64,000 nucleotides of DNA from Octopus sinensis (Eukaryota), in contig NC_043001.1 of NCBI RefSeq assembly GCF_006345805.1, positions 61,008,001-61,072,000 of the forward strand, read 5' to 3'. Positions 52,845 through 64,000 of the stretch are shown here, one piece after another. The notes under the pieces were generated by a model. That model was not told the DNA's origin, made no database searches, and saw only the letters and a program-made list of their open reading frames with translations. Every line of letters starts with the position of its first letter. Position 1 is the stretch's first letter. The translations under genes were made by a program, and so were the position numbers.

Positions 52845-53690
52845 GTGTTGATGAAGAATATTATGGCGACGACACACCATCATACGACGTAGTCAAGCAC
52901 CGACATAGCTGGATTAAATGTCGTCGGACAACGGTTGAAACTGCTCCTCTTCCTGGACAACCGCATTCCGCTATTGATGACGACACCATCCTTAAAGTGG
53001 AAGCCGCAATTTTGGAAAATCATTGCATAACTCATTGGCAACTGTCCCAAGAAGTGAAGATAAGTGTAGGATCCGTGGAAAACATCATTCACGACCATTT
53101 GCACAAGCGGAAGTTGTCTGCACGATGGGCTTCCCGGATGCTCATGCGTTTGCAGAAACAGGAACCAGTCACTTGCACCCAGACTCTTTTGGCAACGTGC
53201 CAAGAAAACGAGGAGGACGTTTTCAGCAGACTTATCACACGGGATGAAACATGACTATAATCTTGAAATTAAAGTTCAGCAATGGAAGCATAATTCATCA
53301 CCTCCAATGAAGGCTCGTGTCCAGCCCACAGCAGGCAATGTGAGGCTCTCAGACTTTTGGGACCAGTGCAGAGTAGTGATGATGGATTTTGGAGCTTCTC
53401 TGCTGCAGAAATTGCGGGACGCTATCAAAGCAGAGAGGCGTGATATGTTGACCAAAGTAGTCTGCCTCCTCCAAGACGATTCCTCCTTACTTTCCCGACC
53501 TTGTACCATCTGACATCTACTACTTTCTAACGACGAAGTCGTTTTTGAAGGGGAAGTACTTTTCGGATGATAATAAACTTATATCCAAGATAAAGTGTTG
53601 GCTCCATATGCAGTTTACCGACAGCTACAGGTGAAGCCTATATAGCTGAAGAAAGCGATGGGAAAGGTGGGCTATGTAGATGCTTTATAG
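52845..53690 (+). mobile_element. Degraded mariner transposase remnant
   Basis: GDDTPSYDVVK, KLSARW, LITRDET, FWDQ, LLQDD; same family as 57047-58335. Confidence 0.85.
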
Positions 53691-54467
53691 CATCTATTCC
53701 AGGACATTATATTTAAGCTTGCCATTTTATCTGAGGTCATGTATTAGTCTACTTTTGATGCTTCGTTCCGGTTACTATATATATCAAGTATAAATTCACT
53801 CTTAAATATATGCCAAAAAATGATATACCCCTGCCTGACTATTGTACATATCAAGCGCAAAGTATAAGCAAAATTTCTTGCAAGAATATGCATTTAGTTT
53901 ATCATAATATATGTTATTGCACTTTCCTGCTTAGGAAACTCAGTGTTGAGTACAATATTAGTCATTAACCAAAAAGAAAAGTGCCAGGTAGGTACAATAA
54001 ATTCAGGGTGATTTATCAAGTATTCACCCTGAATTTATACGTTGTCAATTGGATCAGATCCTATATAACCTCGACAACCTTTAGTACTTGATAAGCAAAA
54101 AATTGATACAAAGGATTAATACCAATTTATTTCACAAGGACATACCACTTCATACAGGTCTTTGGTATAGCAATTGCATGCGGCTGGAGAGAGCTTTGAA
54201 CCATCTGTTATGTAGATTATACATTGATGTAAGAATAAGTTGTTTTATAAAGCTTGAAACACGTGTACCTCGACATCCTTTGTGTTCTGTGTTTTTATTT
54301 CATTTGATACATATATCCTCTCACCACTGCTACTAGTTGGCATATACAGGTACTTACATTTATCAAGTATTCACCCTGAATTTATTGTACCTACCTGACC
54401 TACGTTGTCAATTGGAGCAGATCCTATATAACCTAGACAACATTTAGTACTTGATAAATAAAAAAAT

Positions 54468-54529
<62 letters not shown>

Positions 54530-55501
54530 TGTATGTATATAGGCACAGGTGTATTTTATATTGAACTGAATCTATATTATCCTTCTACGTGTTCGTTCAC
54601 ACATTACGCTTTATTCTGTTAGAGATGAGGAAATAGAGTGAGAGAGAATAAGAGTGAGTGTAACAATGAGCGAGAGAGGTGATAGCCAGATGTTGCATTA
54701 TGCTGACACTCATGTGCTTAGTGGAAGTGAGAAGCGAAGAGAAAGAGATAGATATTAAAGATATGAAGAGGGGAATTACATGGTGAAAATGTTAGTTTAA
54801 GAAGTAGAGAGGAAATTTAAAATATAATGTTCTTAAGAGCGATGGAAATTTTAAAAAATCATATAGTATTTTATTGTTACTGGAAAAAAATACTTAGGAA
54901 GATAAAAATATAAATGCAAATCATCCTTTCTTTCTTAAATAGCTTCTCTTAATCTTTTTCGTTCTGTGGAATTTCCACAGGTCCCACATACATATTCTGC
55001 GATTATTTTAAGTACAATTTCTTGACGGTATAAAGGATCATCAGTTCGTAGATATGAACAGACCGTTATTCTTTGGGGGAAATTATGCACAGCATTATTC
55101 ATGGAAGAACAAGCATTATTATCAAATGCTACAATGAAAAGCTTGCCAAGCAATTGGCTTTTTTCTTGTCCAGATATCTGGAAAACACTTTTTGGTTAAT
55201 GACTAATATTGTACTCAACACTGAGTTTCCTAAGCAGGAATAACATATATTATGCAATAACATATATTATGATAAACTAAATGCATATTCTTGCAAGAAA
55301 TTTTGCTTATACTTTGCGCTTGATATGTAAAATAGTCAGGCAGGTGTATATCATTTTTTGGCATATATTTAAGAGTGAATTTATACTTGATATATATAGT
55401 AATCGGAACGAAGCATCAAAAGTAGACTAATACATGACCTCAGATAAAATGGCAAGCTTAAATATAATGTCCTGGAATAGATGCTATAAAGCATCTACAT
55501 A
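53673..55501. repeat. Long inverted repeat (arms 53673-53976 and 55188-55501, ~1.2-kb spacer)
   Basis: Arms are reverse complements with few substitutions and one short indel. Confidence 0.92.
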
Positions 55502-55721
55502 TGTCGGTTCAAGTGTTAGATATAAAAATTACAGAATGTATAATAAACATACTAGGATGCTAAATATATATTTACTGCAACGTATTTCATTTGGAATTTT
55601 TATACATTCATACATACACAGACACGCGCGCACACATACATCCACACATGCACATACACACATGCGTACGTACATACACATACACACAATTACACACAGA
55701 GAAACACATACACACACACAC

Positions 55722-55754
<33 letters not shown>

Positions 55755-55779
55755 CATACGCACATGAAAACATGTATAA

Positions 55780-55892
55780 CTGATAATGATGATGATGAGG
55801 GTGGTGGTGGTGGCGGTGGTGGTGGTGATGCTGATGATGATGGTGTTGGAGGTTGTTGATAATGATGATGGTGATGATGATGATGATGATGA
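55780..55892. repeat. (GAT)n/(GGT)n microsatellite
   Basis: Directly visible. Confidence 0.95.
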
Positions 55893-56183
55893 TATATTAT
55901 TTGTAAGCAACTGGGAAAAGAAAGCAAACATTAAAAATTGTAATCTGTTAATCATATATTCAGATTACACCTACTATTTGCAGAGTGTAGAAAGTTAGTA
56001 AGATATCAATAAACTGCCGTATGCCACAACTTCTGCATGCTGCCGTATGCTATAACGGAAAGTGCTCTATAAGCATAGCATATCACTTCATTATAACAAC
56101 ACCTCCATACAGTAAATCAGAAAATTACATTAGGGATGTATATATTTGATACTAATTGTCGGAATATTCACTAAGTTGCAGTG

Positions 56184-56232
56184 AATGAAGGCGTAGAAGT
56201 AATGAAGGCGTAGAAGTAATGAAGGCGTAGAA
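56184..56232. repeat. 17-bp tandem repeat, three copies
   Basis: AATGAAGGCGTAGAAGT repeated, last copy partial. Confidence 0.95.
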
Positions 56233-57046
56233 ATATTTTTAAACATCCATCCTATGAGCGAAAACGCCCAAAGTTAGAATATGTACATAGATGTCGCCAC
56301 TTGAACTATCATTCTATGAATTTTGTTTTCTTTATTTTTCGGTGATTCTCGATTAACTTCAAGAGCGTTTCTTACAGTAGTAAATTTTGACTAGATGCAA
56401 TATCAAATTATTTCCTCGTAGTGTCACCAAGAAACATATCTCGGATAAATATATTAAATTGTTCTTGATTACATATTAGATATTTGTAAATTATAGGAAA
56501 ATAGAAGGCTAAATTAAACACTGGAGATGATATGATAAATATTTAGAATGCCATTCTGATAAATTAAGCAAACTAATCAAATAATAATGAATATGTGCTC
56601 ATGATCTTTAATTATATTTTAGGTTATAATTTCATTAATAATTATCGAATGTTTATTTACATTATTACCTCCATATATATTTGTCTATGTATGTCTCCAG
56701 GTATGTGTGTATGCATCTGTGTATGTATATACATATGTATATATGTGCGTGTGTTTGTGTACGTGCGAATGTGAATGAATGTTAAAATTCACTTCGATGC
56801 ATCTAACTTGTGCAAAAAGTCATTGCATAAAAACATTTTCAGCATCACAGTAAAATGTCTAAATAATTTTTTTGTAAATCATGCTTAAATATAATTAGGA
56901 ATGTAAATAACATTTTCACGAGAAAAAAATGTGTTTATTAACCTAGTCCTATACACGTTAATATATGTGGATTTGTGTCTATATATGTATAACATACATG
57001 TTTAAATCTGATGCGTGTTTCGGGCATATATTGAAATATATATATA

Positions 57047-58335
57047 CGAGGGGCGTTCAATAAGTAATGCCCTTGACCCACTTCCCATAGCAGTAGAGCA
57101 ACGAAACTTGGCACAGTTATTAGACTTTTTTTTACATAGGAACCACCCAGAGTTACGCATTTCTCCCATTGTTTGATGCAGCTCTGGAGGCCGTTTTTGT
57201 AGAAGACCCCAGCTTGGTCCTCCAACCACGACGTGACTTCAGAAATCATGGCTGCATCATCTGGGAAACGCTTTCCTTTCAAAAACAACTTCATGGCTGG
57301 GAAGAGGTGAAAATCAGAGGGTGAAAGGTCAGGAGAGTAGAGGGATGGGGGAAGAGTTCATAGCCGCACCCCTGCGCTTCTGATCTGGCGACACGCGAGT
57401 TGTGGACCGGAGCATTGTCTTGCAGGAGGAGGATGCCTTTGCTGATCTTGCCCCGCCTCTTGATTTTGATAGCTTCTCTTAATTTCCTTAAATGTGAAGC
57501 ATAATATGCTCCTGTAATTGTGGTATCCTTTGCCAGGAAATCTGTCATCACTACTCCGTCCTGGTCCCAGAAGACTGTGAGCATGACCTTGCCAGTGGAG
57601 GGCAGCACCCTTGCCTTCTTTGGAGGAGGTGAGTCACGGTGCTTCCACTGCATTGACTGGGCTTTGGTCTCTGGATCATAGTGATGGACCCAGGTTTCTT
57701 CCTGTGTAATCAGTCTTTTGAAAAATTTGACTCATCTTCTTGGCACATCTCCAAATTCACCCTCGAGCACTCGACGCGTTCTTGCTTCTGGAAAGGTGTG
57801 AGCAGCCTGGGAATCCATCTGACAGACAACTTTTGCATATGCAAATGGTCATGAATGATAGTTTCCACAGATCCGGTACTAATCTTAACCTCATGGGCTA
57901 TTAGGCGAATAGTTATGCGTCGATCTTCCAAAATGGCAGCCTCAACTTGACGAACAGATGCCTCATCAATGGCAGAAGGGGGCGACCAGATCTGGAAGCT
58001 GTTTCCACAGAGTTCCGACTATGTTTGAATTCACGATGCCAGCGTTTTACAAGGTCATATGATGGGGCATCATCACCATAAGTTACCTTCATTTCATCAA
58101 GTCTCCCGTGGTGTGCGTCCTTTCAAATACAAAAACCGGATCACTGCTCGACACTCAACAGGCTCCATTTCACACTTGACTCAGTTCAAACACCTGTAAA
58201 TCAGAAGCCACAATTAATTCAGAGCTGTAATTTGCCACTTACTCTATAAAGATATAAATAATTGCACATGCAAAATTTCAGCTAGATCAAACAACTGTAA
58301 GTGGGTCAGAGGTATTACTTATTGAATGTCCCTCG
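57047..58335 (-). mobile_element. Full-length defective mariner (DD34D)
   Basis: 1289 bp; TIRs CGAGGG(G/A)C(G/A)TTCAATAAGTAAT..GACCCACTT with TA duplications (57045-46, 58336-37); ATG at 58168 (MEPVECRAVIRFL); LLQDNAPVH and YSPDLSPSDFHLF; first catalytic Asp reads Glu (ITQEETW); frameshifts. Confidence 0.95.
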
Positions 58336-61300
58336 TAAGTATGATAGAAGATTCAATTTGATATTTGATCTCTGAATTGAATTTATCAATTTATAGCGAA
58401 TGATTTCAGAAAATACGTAGCTTTAGTCACTCAAGTTACATATTGTAGGAAAAACGTGAGAGAGATAAAATGCTAGCATTTGTGGTATACAGAAACGAAT
58501 AACAAGATCTAATTGCATTTAAATATAGTGTTCATTCTTCTGCAAGCATCTTTAAATGACAAATAAGATGAATGCTTTATTGTGATGGTTTCTACTCTCT
58601 GGAATTGCAATCATTATAGATTTGTTAATTCATTGAAGTTTCATTACAATTAGAAAGTAACTAATGAGCATTTATAGTTATGCGCGATATTCCAATAACA
58701 ATTTCAGAATACTTAAACATTCTTCAGCCTAGTATTCTTTAGTCACCAGAATAATTTTCTTGATATCGTATGAATTGTTGGATATAATGACGTACTTGTA
58801 ATTTCACGCAATGTGTGGGGATTTCCTTTATTATGTATGTGAAACTCCCTTCTCTAGAATTAATACCTATATACTTAACTAAAAGCTATAGTTTAACATT
58901 TAGTGTTAACTGTCGATGTGTTCCCAAAAGAAACACTTGAAACCCATCAAATTCCTATGCTATTACATATTTCTGCCTTAAGATTTTCTATTAGAAATTT
59001 TCTTGGATGATTTCATCTATTCAACGGCGCTTACAATAGCTTTCTTCATAGCATCATATAATATCTATCTCAGGGTCGTCTCATTTGATGACGTATATGT
59101 TTCAGTTTTCATAGCTTCAAGATCGGAATGGGATTAGATGATTTTTTGACAGGAAAGGAGTTGTCATTTTTCCATACGTCTTGATTAATATCATTTTCAG
59201 TGATGATTTGATGTTAAAATAAGAAACCTTCCAAATAGATAAATAATTAGTAAAATATTTCGTCATTCCAAATATTTTTTTATATCCAAACCATTCCATT
59301 TCTCTTTCATTATTTTATTGCTGCTTTTTTTTTATTCTCACATACGTTTCAACATTCCAAATATAACATTACCTCTTGAGCATGTGACATTGATTATTTG
59401 CAATTGGTGACGTATGCTCCAATTCAACATGTCATTTTACCCCGAAACAACGAATTGAACTAACGACTGCTTACTTTTCTCATTGACAATCCTAATGATT
59501 ACTTTGTCTTTAACAGGAGTGGATTTGCGTAGTAAAATCTATTTAAGTCATGTTTAATGTAGATCGACAATTTTGTAAAATCACATTCTAATTGCCGCAT
59601 CTACATTGTGAAATTCATTCTCAAATACACCTCCTGAATAGTTATCGTCAAAACTAACATAAGATTGTATTGAATTTCCCTCAGAACGTTCATTACCATT
59701 AGACAAGTAGCCAATAAGCTTAAAGTTGTTCTTCACTCTGTATATCCCTACCAAATATTAGCATGTCATTTACTCTATCATTTAAGAATGTCATTATATA
59801 TTTCTTATTTCCAAATCAAGATTAAATTCATCAAGTTCGTGTTCTAAAAATGTCAGTATATTCCCGGGGAAATATCTTACTTGAATTAAAATCATTACTA
59901 AGTTTCGGAATTTATAAATATTTGTCCATTTATATTCTAATATCTGTGTTTACGTAAAACCTAAAACCGTATAATTATATTAAGATACACTGATGTTCAG
60001 TTATTTTATTAATAAAAAAATACTTTAAAATTTCAACGTTGTCTAGATACATTGCTGCACAAAGAAAATGGCGCATTGTACATATGACGCTGTTATGGAA
60101 TATGTAAAAATACACACGCTGATCTGCAGGGACACATAATACTACACCTGATGCATTTTATATGATATATCATGTCTATTTTTGCTTTCATCAAATTAAT
60201 TTCACTTACGAAAATCCAGGGATGGTGATTCCCGTAAAATGACATTTCGAAAATAGACCAATGCTGTACTGGCGTGAAATTCCGAAAGCGTGAAATATGA
60301 TCTATCATCATTATACCTTGCAATAGAAGCATATTCTATTTAGCTATTACGACTAAGAGAATTCAGTTTCTCTCTCTCTCTCTCAGACTGTGCTACCATG
60401 AATTATGAAACCCAAAATATGGTTTAAAAAGGAAAGCTGTGCACAAATGCTGTAAAATATTTGCAAGTATTGTAGAGTGTAAAATATTTTATACATATCA
60501 ATTGAGAAAACTGAAATTGACTGATACTAATAATTGTAATTATTTGACTGTTTCCAGCCGGGTGATTTTAGAGTTTAAATTTAAGAGGCAAGAAAATAAA
60601 GAAATGGCATTATCCATTACGAAAGAGTGAAGAATTGCATCTACTTTGCAAGTTTGTGAAATGAACGTAGTCCAATATATTTCGCATGAATAGTTTAGTA
60701 AAACAGTGACATTGTCTCTGTTTTGATGCGTTGGCTTAAAGATCAGATCTCTTCTGACAGACTGTTCTCCGCATGGATATTCTAAGTTCCACGAAGTCAT
60801 TGTATGTAAGATATTAGCACATAGTGTGCATTACTCTCCCCACATAATGTCTATCGCAGCTTAACTGTTTGTGTCAAAAATAAAGCAACGCAATTTTTCT
60901 TCTGAAAAAAAAAGAGGTAAAAATATGTAAGAAATATGTAACACATAAAACAAAAGTACGGAAAGAACAGTTGACTCCATATTTTGAGGGAATTGTTTAA
61001 TGGACTTATCTGATACCTCTCAATGAGTGATACTCACTTTATCGATTCTGATATGGAATCTGGAATCATGAAAAGGATAATCTCAACGTTTGAAAGTAGA
61101 ATATAAATTGAAATACCACGACTCTTTTAGGCATAGGTCAGTTGTTCTGATTAGGCGAGCTTAGACAGTTGTCATTGAAATGGCAGTAGTCGGGTTGGTT
61201 GTTGTAGTAGGAGTGGTGGCAGTAGTAGCGGTAAAGATAGTAGGCAGATGTAGTAGCTGTAGTAGTTGCAAAAGAGTATACGTATGTACTAACAATACTA

Positions 61301-62202
61301 GTTATTATAATGATATTGAAAACATTAGCGATTCTTATGTATATATATGTACGTATTGTATATACACAATATAAATTCATATAGATCTATATCTATATAT
61401 AAAGAAAGGGTTAAAGAGAGGAAGAGGTATTTACATATGCTTTACAAAATAGATATGTATTCAACTTTATGCGGCATGGCACTATGTGTACTGACGGACT
61501 TCAGTAGTTGCAAAACATATTAATATGGAAATAATTTTATTACAAACCATTTTTGTTATGCCCTGATGAATAAAGATAATAAAAACATTTTACCCTTCTT
61601 TATAAGCTGACACATATACCAGGTTCATAGGAACCCGATTTCAGTATGTCCATAAATCTCATCCTACTATTCACTTCTAAATTTCCTCTATGTACATGTT
61701 ACTTCTACTGAGGTGACTGATATTGTTGCTTTCTCTGCTCATATATTTGTAGTGGTTGTCGAATTTCTTACATAATGTTTGGTCTGCCTTTTTATTGTTG
61801 CTGCGTATCCTTATGTCCATTTTGTCGATCATTGTTATGAGCTGAGCATAGATATTAAATTTTCTGTCAAAAACCATGAACATTTTATTTATAATTTAAA
61901 TGGAAGTAGAAATTGACACGTTAAAGATAATAAGACACAAGGAGCAAAAAAGTATAAAATATTTCAAATAATCACATAGAGAATTTAGATTTATTATTTC
62001 GTTGTATATAGAATAATAAATTTACTTACATAAATGAAAAAAAAAACATCCTATTATTATTTTTCCCTTTTGATACTATTATTCATATTAGTATGAGTAG
62101 TAATATCTTTAATAATATTACTATTAAACTTTTTACATTACTAACATTACATCTGTAGTGGCAGATGAAAAGAAGAATGCACCAAACACGTCCAAAATAT
62201 TA

Positions 62203-62245
<43 letters not shown>

Positions 62246-62527
62246 ATCAGATGTGAAACCCGTACATTTCCTAACTTCTGTATTTTACGCATTGTTCATC
62301 AGGCTACATAATTCTTCAGCATTATTGTATTTTTGAGTCTAGGTGATGTGTCGAGGTGATGTGAAGTAATGACTGGACATGACCTTCACAAAGTATTGAT
62401 CCAGGGATTGGCATGAATCCAAATTTCCTAATCAATAGAGTGATTCTAGAGATATAACCTTTCGAAATTTCATCAACAAAATCAGTGTACTCTGTTTATA
62501 AAACGAACATATAATAAATAAATGATT

Positions 62528-62582
62528 AGAGTATAACTCAGTATAAGAAATAATTGATCAGAGTATAACTCAGTATAAGAAA
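62528..62582. repeat. 23-bp direct repeat, period 32
   Basis: AGAGTATAACTCAGTATAAGAAA twice. Confidence 0.9.
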
Positions 62583-63249
62583 GACCAACAGCAATAAGTT
62601 CTCACTAGAACGTACCAATAGAATACAGTGCAATATTGGCAGGCTGCTCGTTGGAAATAATGCCAGAAAAACTCCCGTTATGCTTATTAATTTCTAGTAT
62701 ATTGGAAGGAATAAAGTAATGCTTTCTCCGGGACGATTGACTATTTGCAAATGCGACTGGAACTGGAACCAAAACAGACGATATGGAGTTATCTGAAGCT
62801 GATCCAGTGAAACGAAACATTCTGGATGAATATGAGGATCTGAGAGAAAAGAAAATGAGCGCAAATTTCACCATTTCACTATTTTTCTTACTTAAACTGG
62901 AAAGGAAGGAAATTTTACGTTCGCAGTTAAAGTAGTGTTGGGGAAGGAGGTTAGGTGCTAAAAAGTATTATGTACTGTAATAAGGATGTTGCACAATAAT
63001 TTGCTCTTGGCCTTTCCCATTACGAATTGTATGATTTATTTGTCATTGGGATAAGTAAGGAAAATCAATTATAATAATTTACAGCTTTCAGTTTGAAAAT
63101 TAGTTTGAGTACTTACTTCCGAAACAGAATTCAAATGAAAAAGGAAATCTAAGTACTGACACAAAAAATATCACAATTGTACACATCATACATATGAGTC
63201 CTGAAACAATCACTACAATACCTAAAATCAACAACTATCTGGAACAAAT

Positions 63250-63700
63250 TTGTCGGAGTTTGCCTACATTACAAGAACAGGTTCCTCTCACCCTCTTCTG
63301 GGTTAGACTATCCATCGGAATCAGTGTCTAAATATCAACTAAGATTTGTCCCGATGAATGTATATCTTTAATGCCGCAAGTGCTGCATTCAAAGGATTAG
63401 CCATCACGTCTTCAATGAGAGAAGGCAATTAATGATTTCCTTGAAAGATAAGTTAAGACCCACAATGGAGTATGGCTCACACATTTTGGGCAGTACAGTA
63501 ACTGCACAAACAATGCTTACATCACATAAAATCGTTATTTGCACCGTGTTCAGTGAGATCTGGGATGAAATTTCGCATATTCAGCCTTAATGCGTCTAAG
63601 CAGATTTAGACGGCAATGATGCTAGTTACTTCAAGGAGAAAACATTCTCTCATTTACACGATAGTGTGTTCAACATATTTGACTCACTGAAGCAACTAAT
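63250..63700 (+). mobile_element. Highly degraded LINE RT C-terminal remnant
   Basis: LRPTMEYGSHILG at ~63453-63491 resembles the RP.LEY.SH.W motif of CR1/Jockey-group RTs; no long ORF. Confidence 0.4.
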
Positions 63701-64000
63701 CCTAGGGCACCGCTATAACATGTAACTCATCACTCGTCTAGCCAAGCAGTTGAGCTTTATTTATAATTTCTGCGACCAAAATGTTTGCAGATCGATTCAT
63801 ATATCAGCCAATCGGTATAAAATCATTATGTGCACCGAGTACTGCTGGATCTAGAATACACAGTCACCTATTTAATTTTAGTATAAATTTAAGCATTTTC
63901 AAGTGCAAGGTCCTTGGTATTGTGTCTATTTTGCCATTTCATTCTTTCTCCCACACGCGCCACATTGAACAATATTTCTTCTCTAAAAGCTAACACGTTA

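Noticed and set aside
56184-56232. CRISPR-like array
   Set aside because: Simple tandem repeat without spacers, in a eukaryotic context.
62605-62930. 89-aa minus ORF and an acidic plus-strand frame (DDMELSEADPVKRNILDEYEDLREKK)
   Set aside because: No domain, start context or splice support.

Overview
AT-rich, microsatellite-dense eukaryotic DNA, most consistent with a coleoid cephalopod such as Octopus. That assignment is inferred from composition and SINE-like repeats, not from a database search. No intact host gene can be called with confidence. The window is mostly decayed mobile DNA: (1) Penelope-like (PLE) fragments with GIY-YIG and hammerhead-like termini around a cluster of R4/Dong-clade elements sitting in (TAA)n arrays (6.0-13.8 kb); (2) a Tc1 element with DD36E spacing (19.3-20.4 kb); (3) Helitron helicase remnants (27-28.5 kb); (4) a 5'-truncated HERO-clade element beside a 1.85-kb TA-rich array (29.8-33.2 kb); (5) a head-to-tail array of three Tx1/L1-like elements separated by a shared target motif and apparently nested in a non-autonomous Helitron-like element (33.4-45.8 kb); (6) two mariner copies, a 0.3-kb long inverted repeat, SINEs and old LINE fragments. 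The strongest unusual signals are a 490-bp tandem unit with a near-canonical type I hammerhead ribozyme and extensive internal pairing (retrozyme-like, 20.6-21.3 kb), the sequence-specific Tx1 array, and a ~150-codon frame broken by one TAG (15.0-15.45 kb) that the ORF track misses. All alignments and RNA folds were done by eye.
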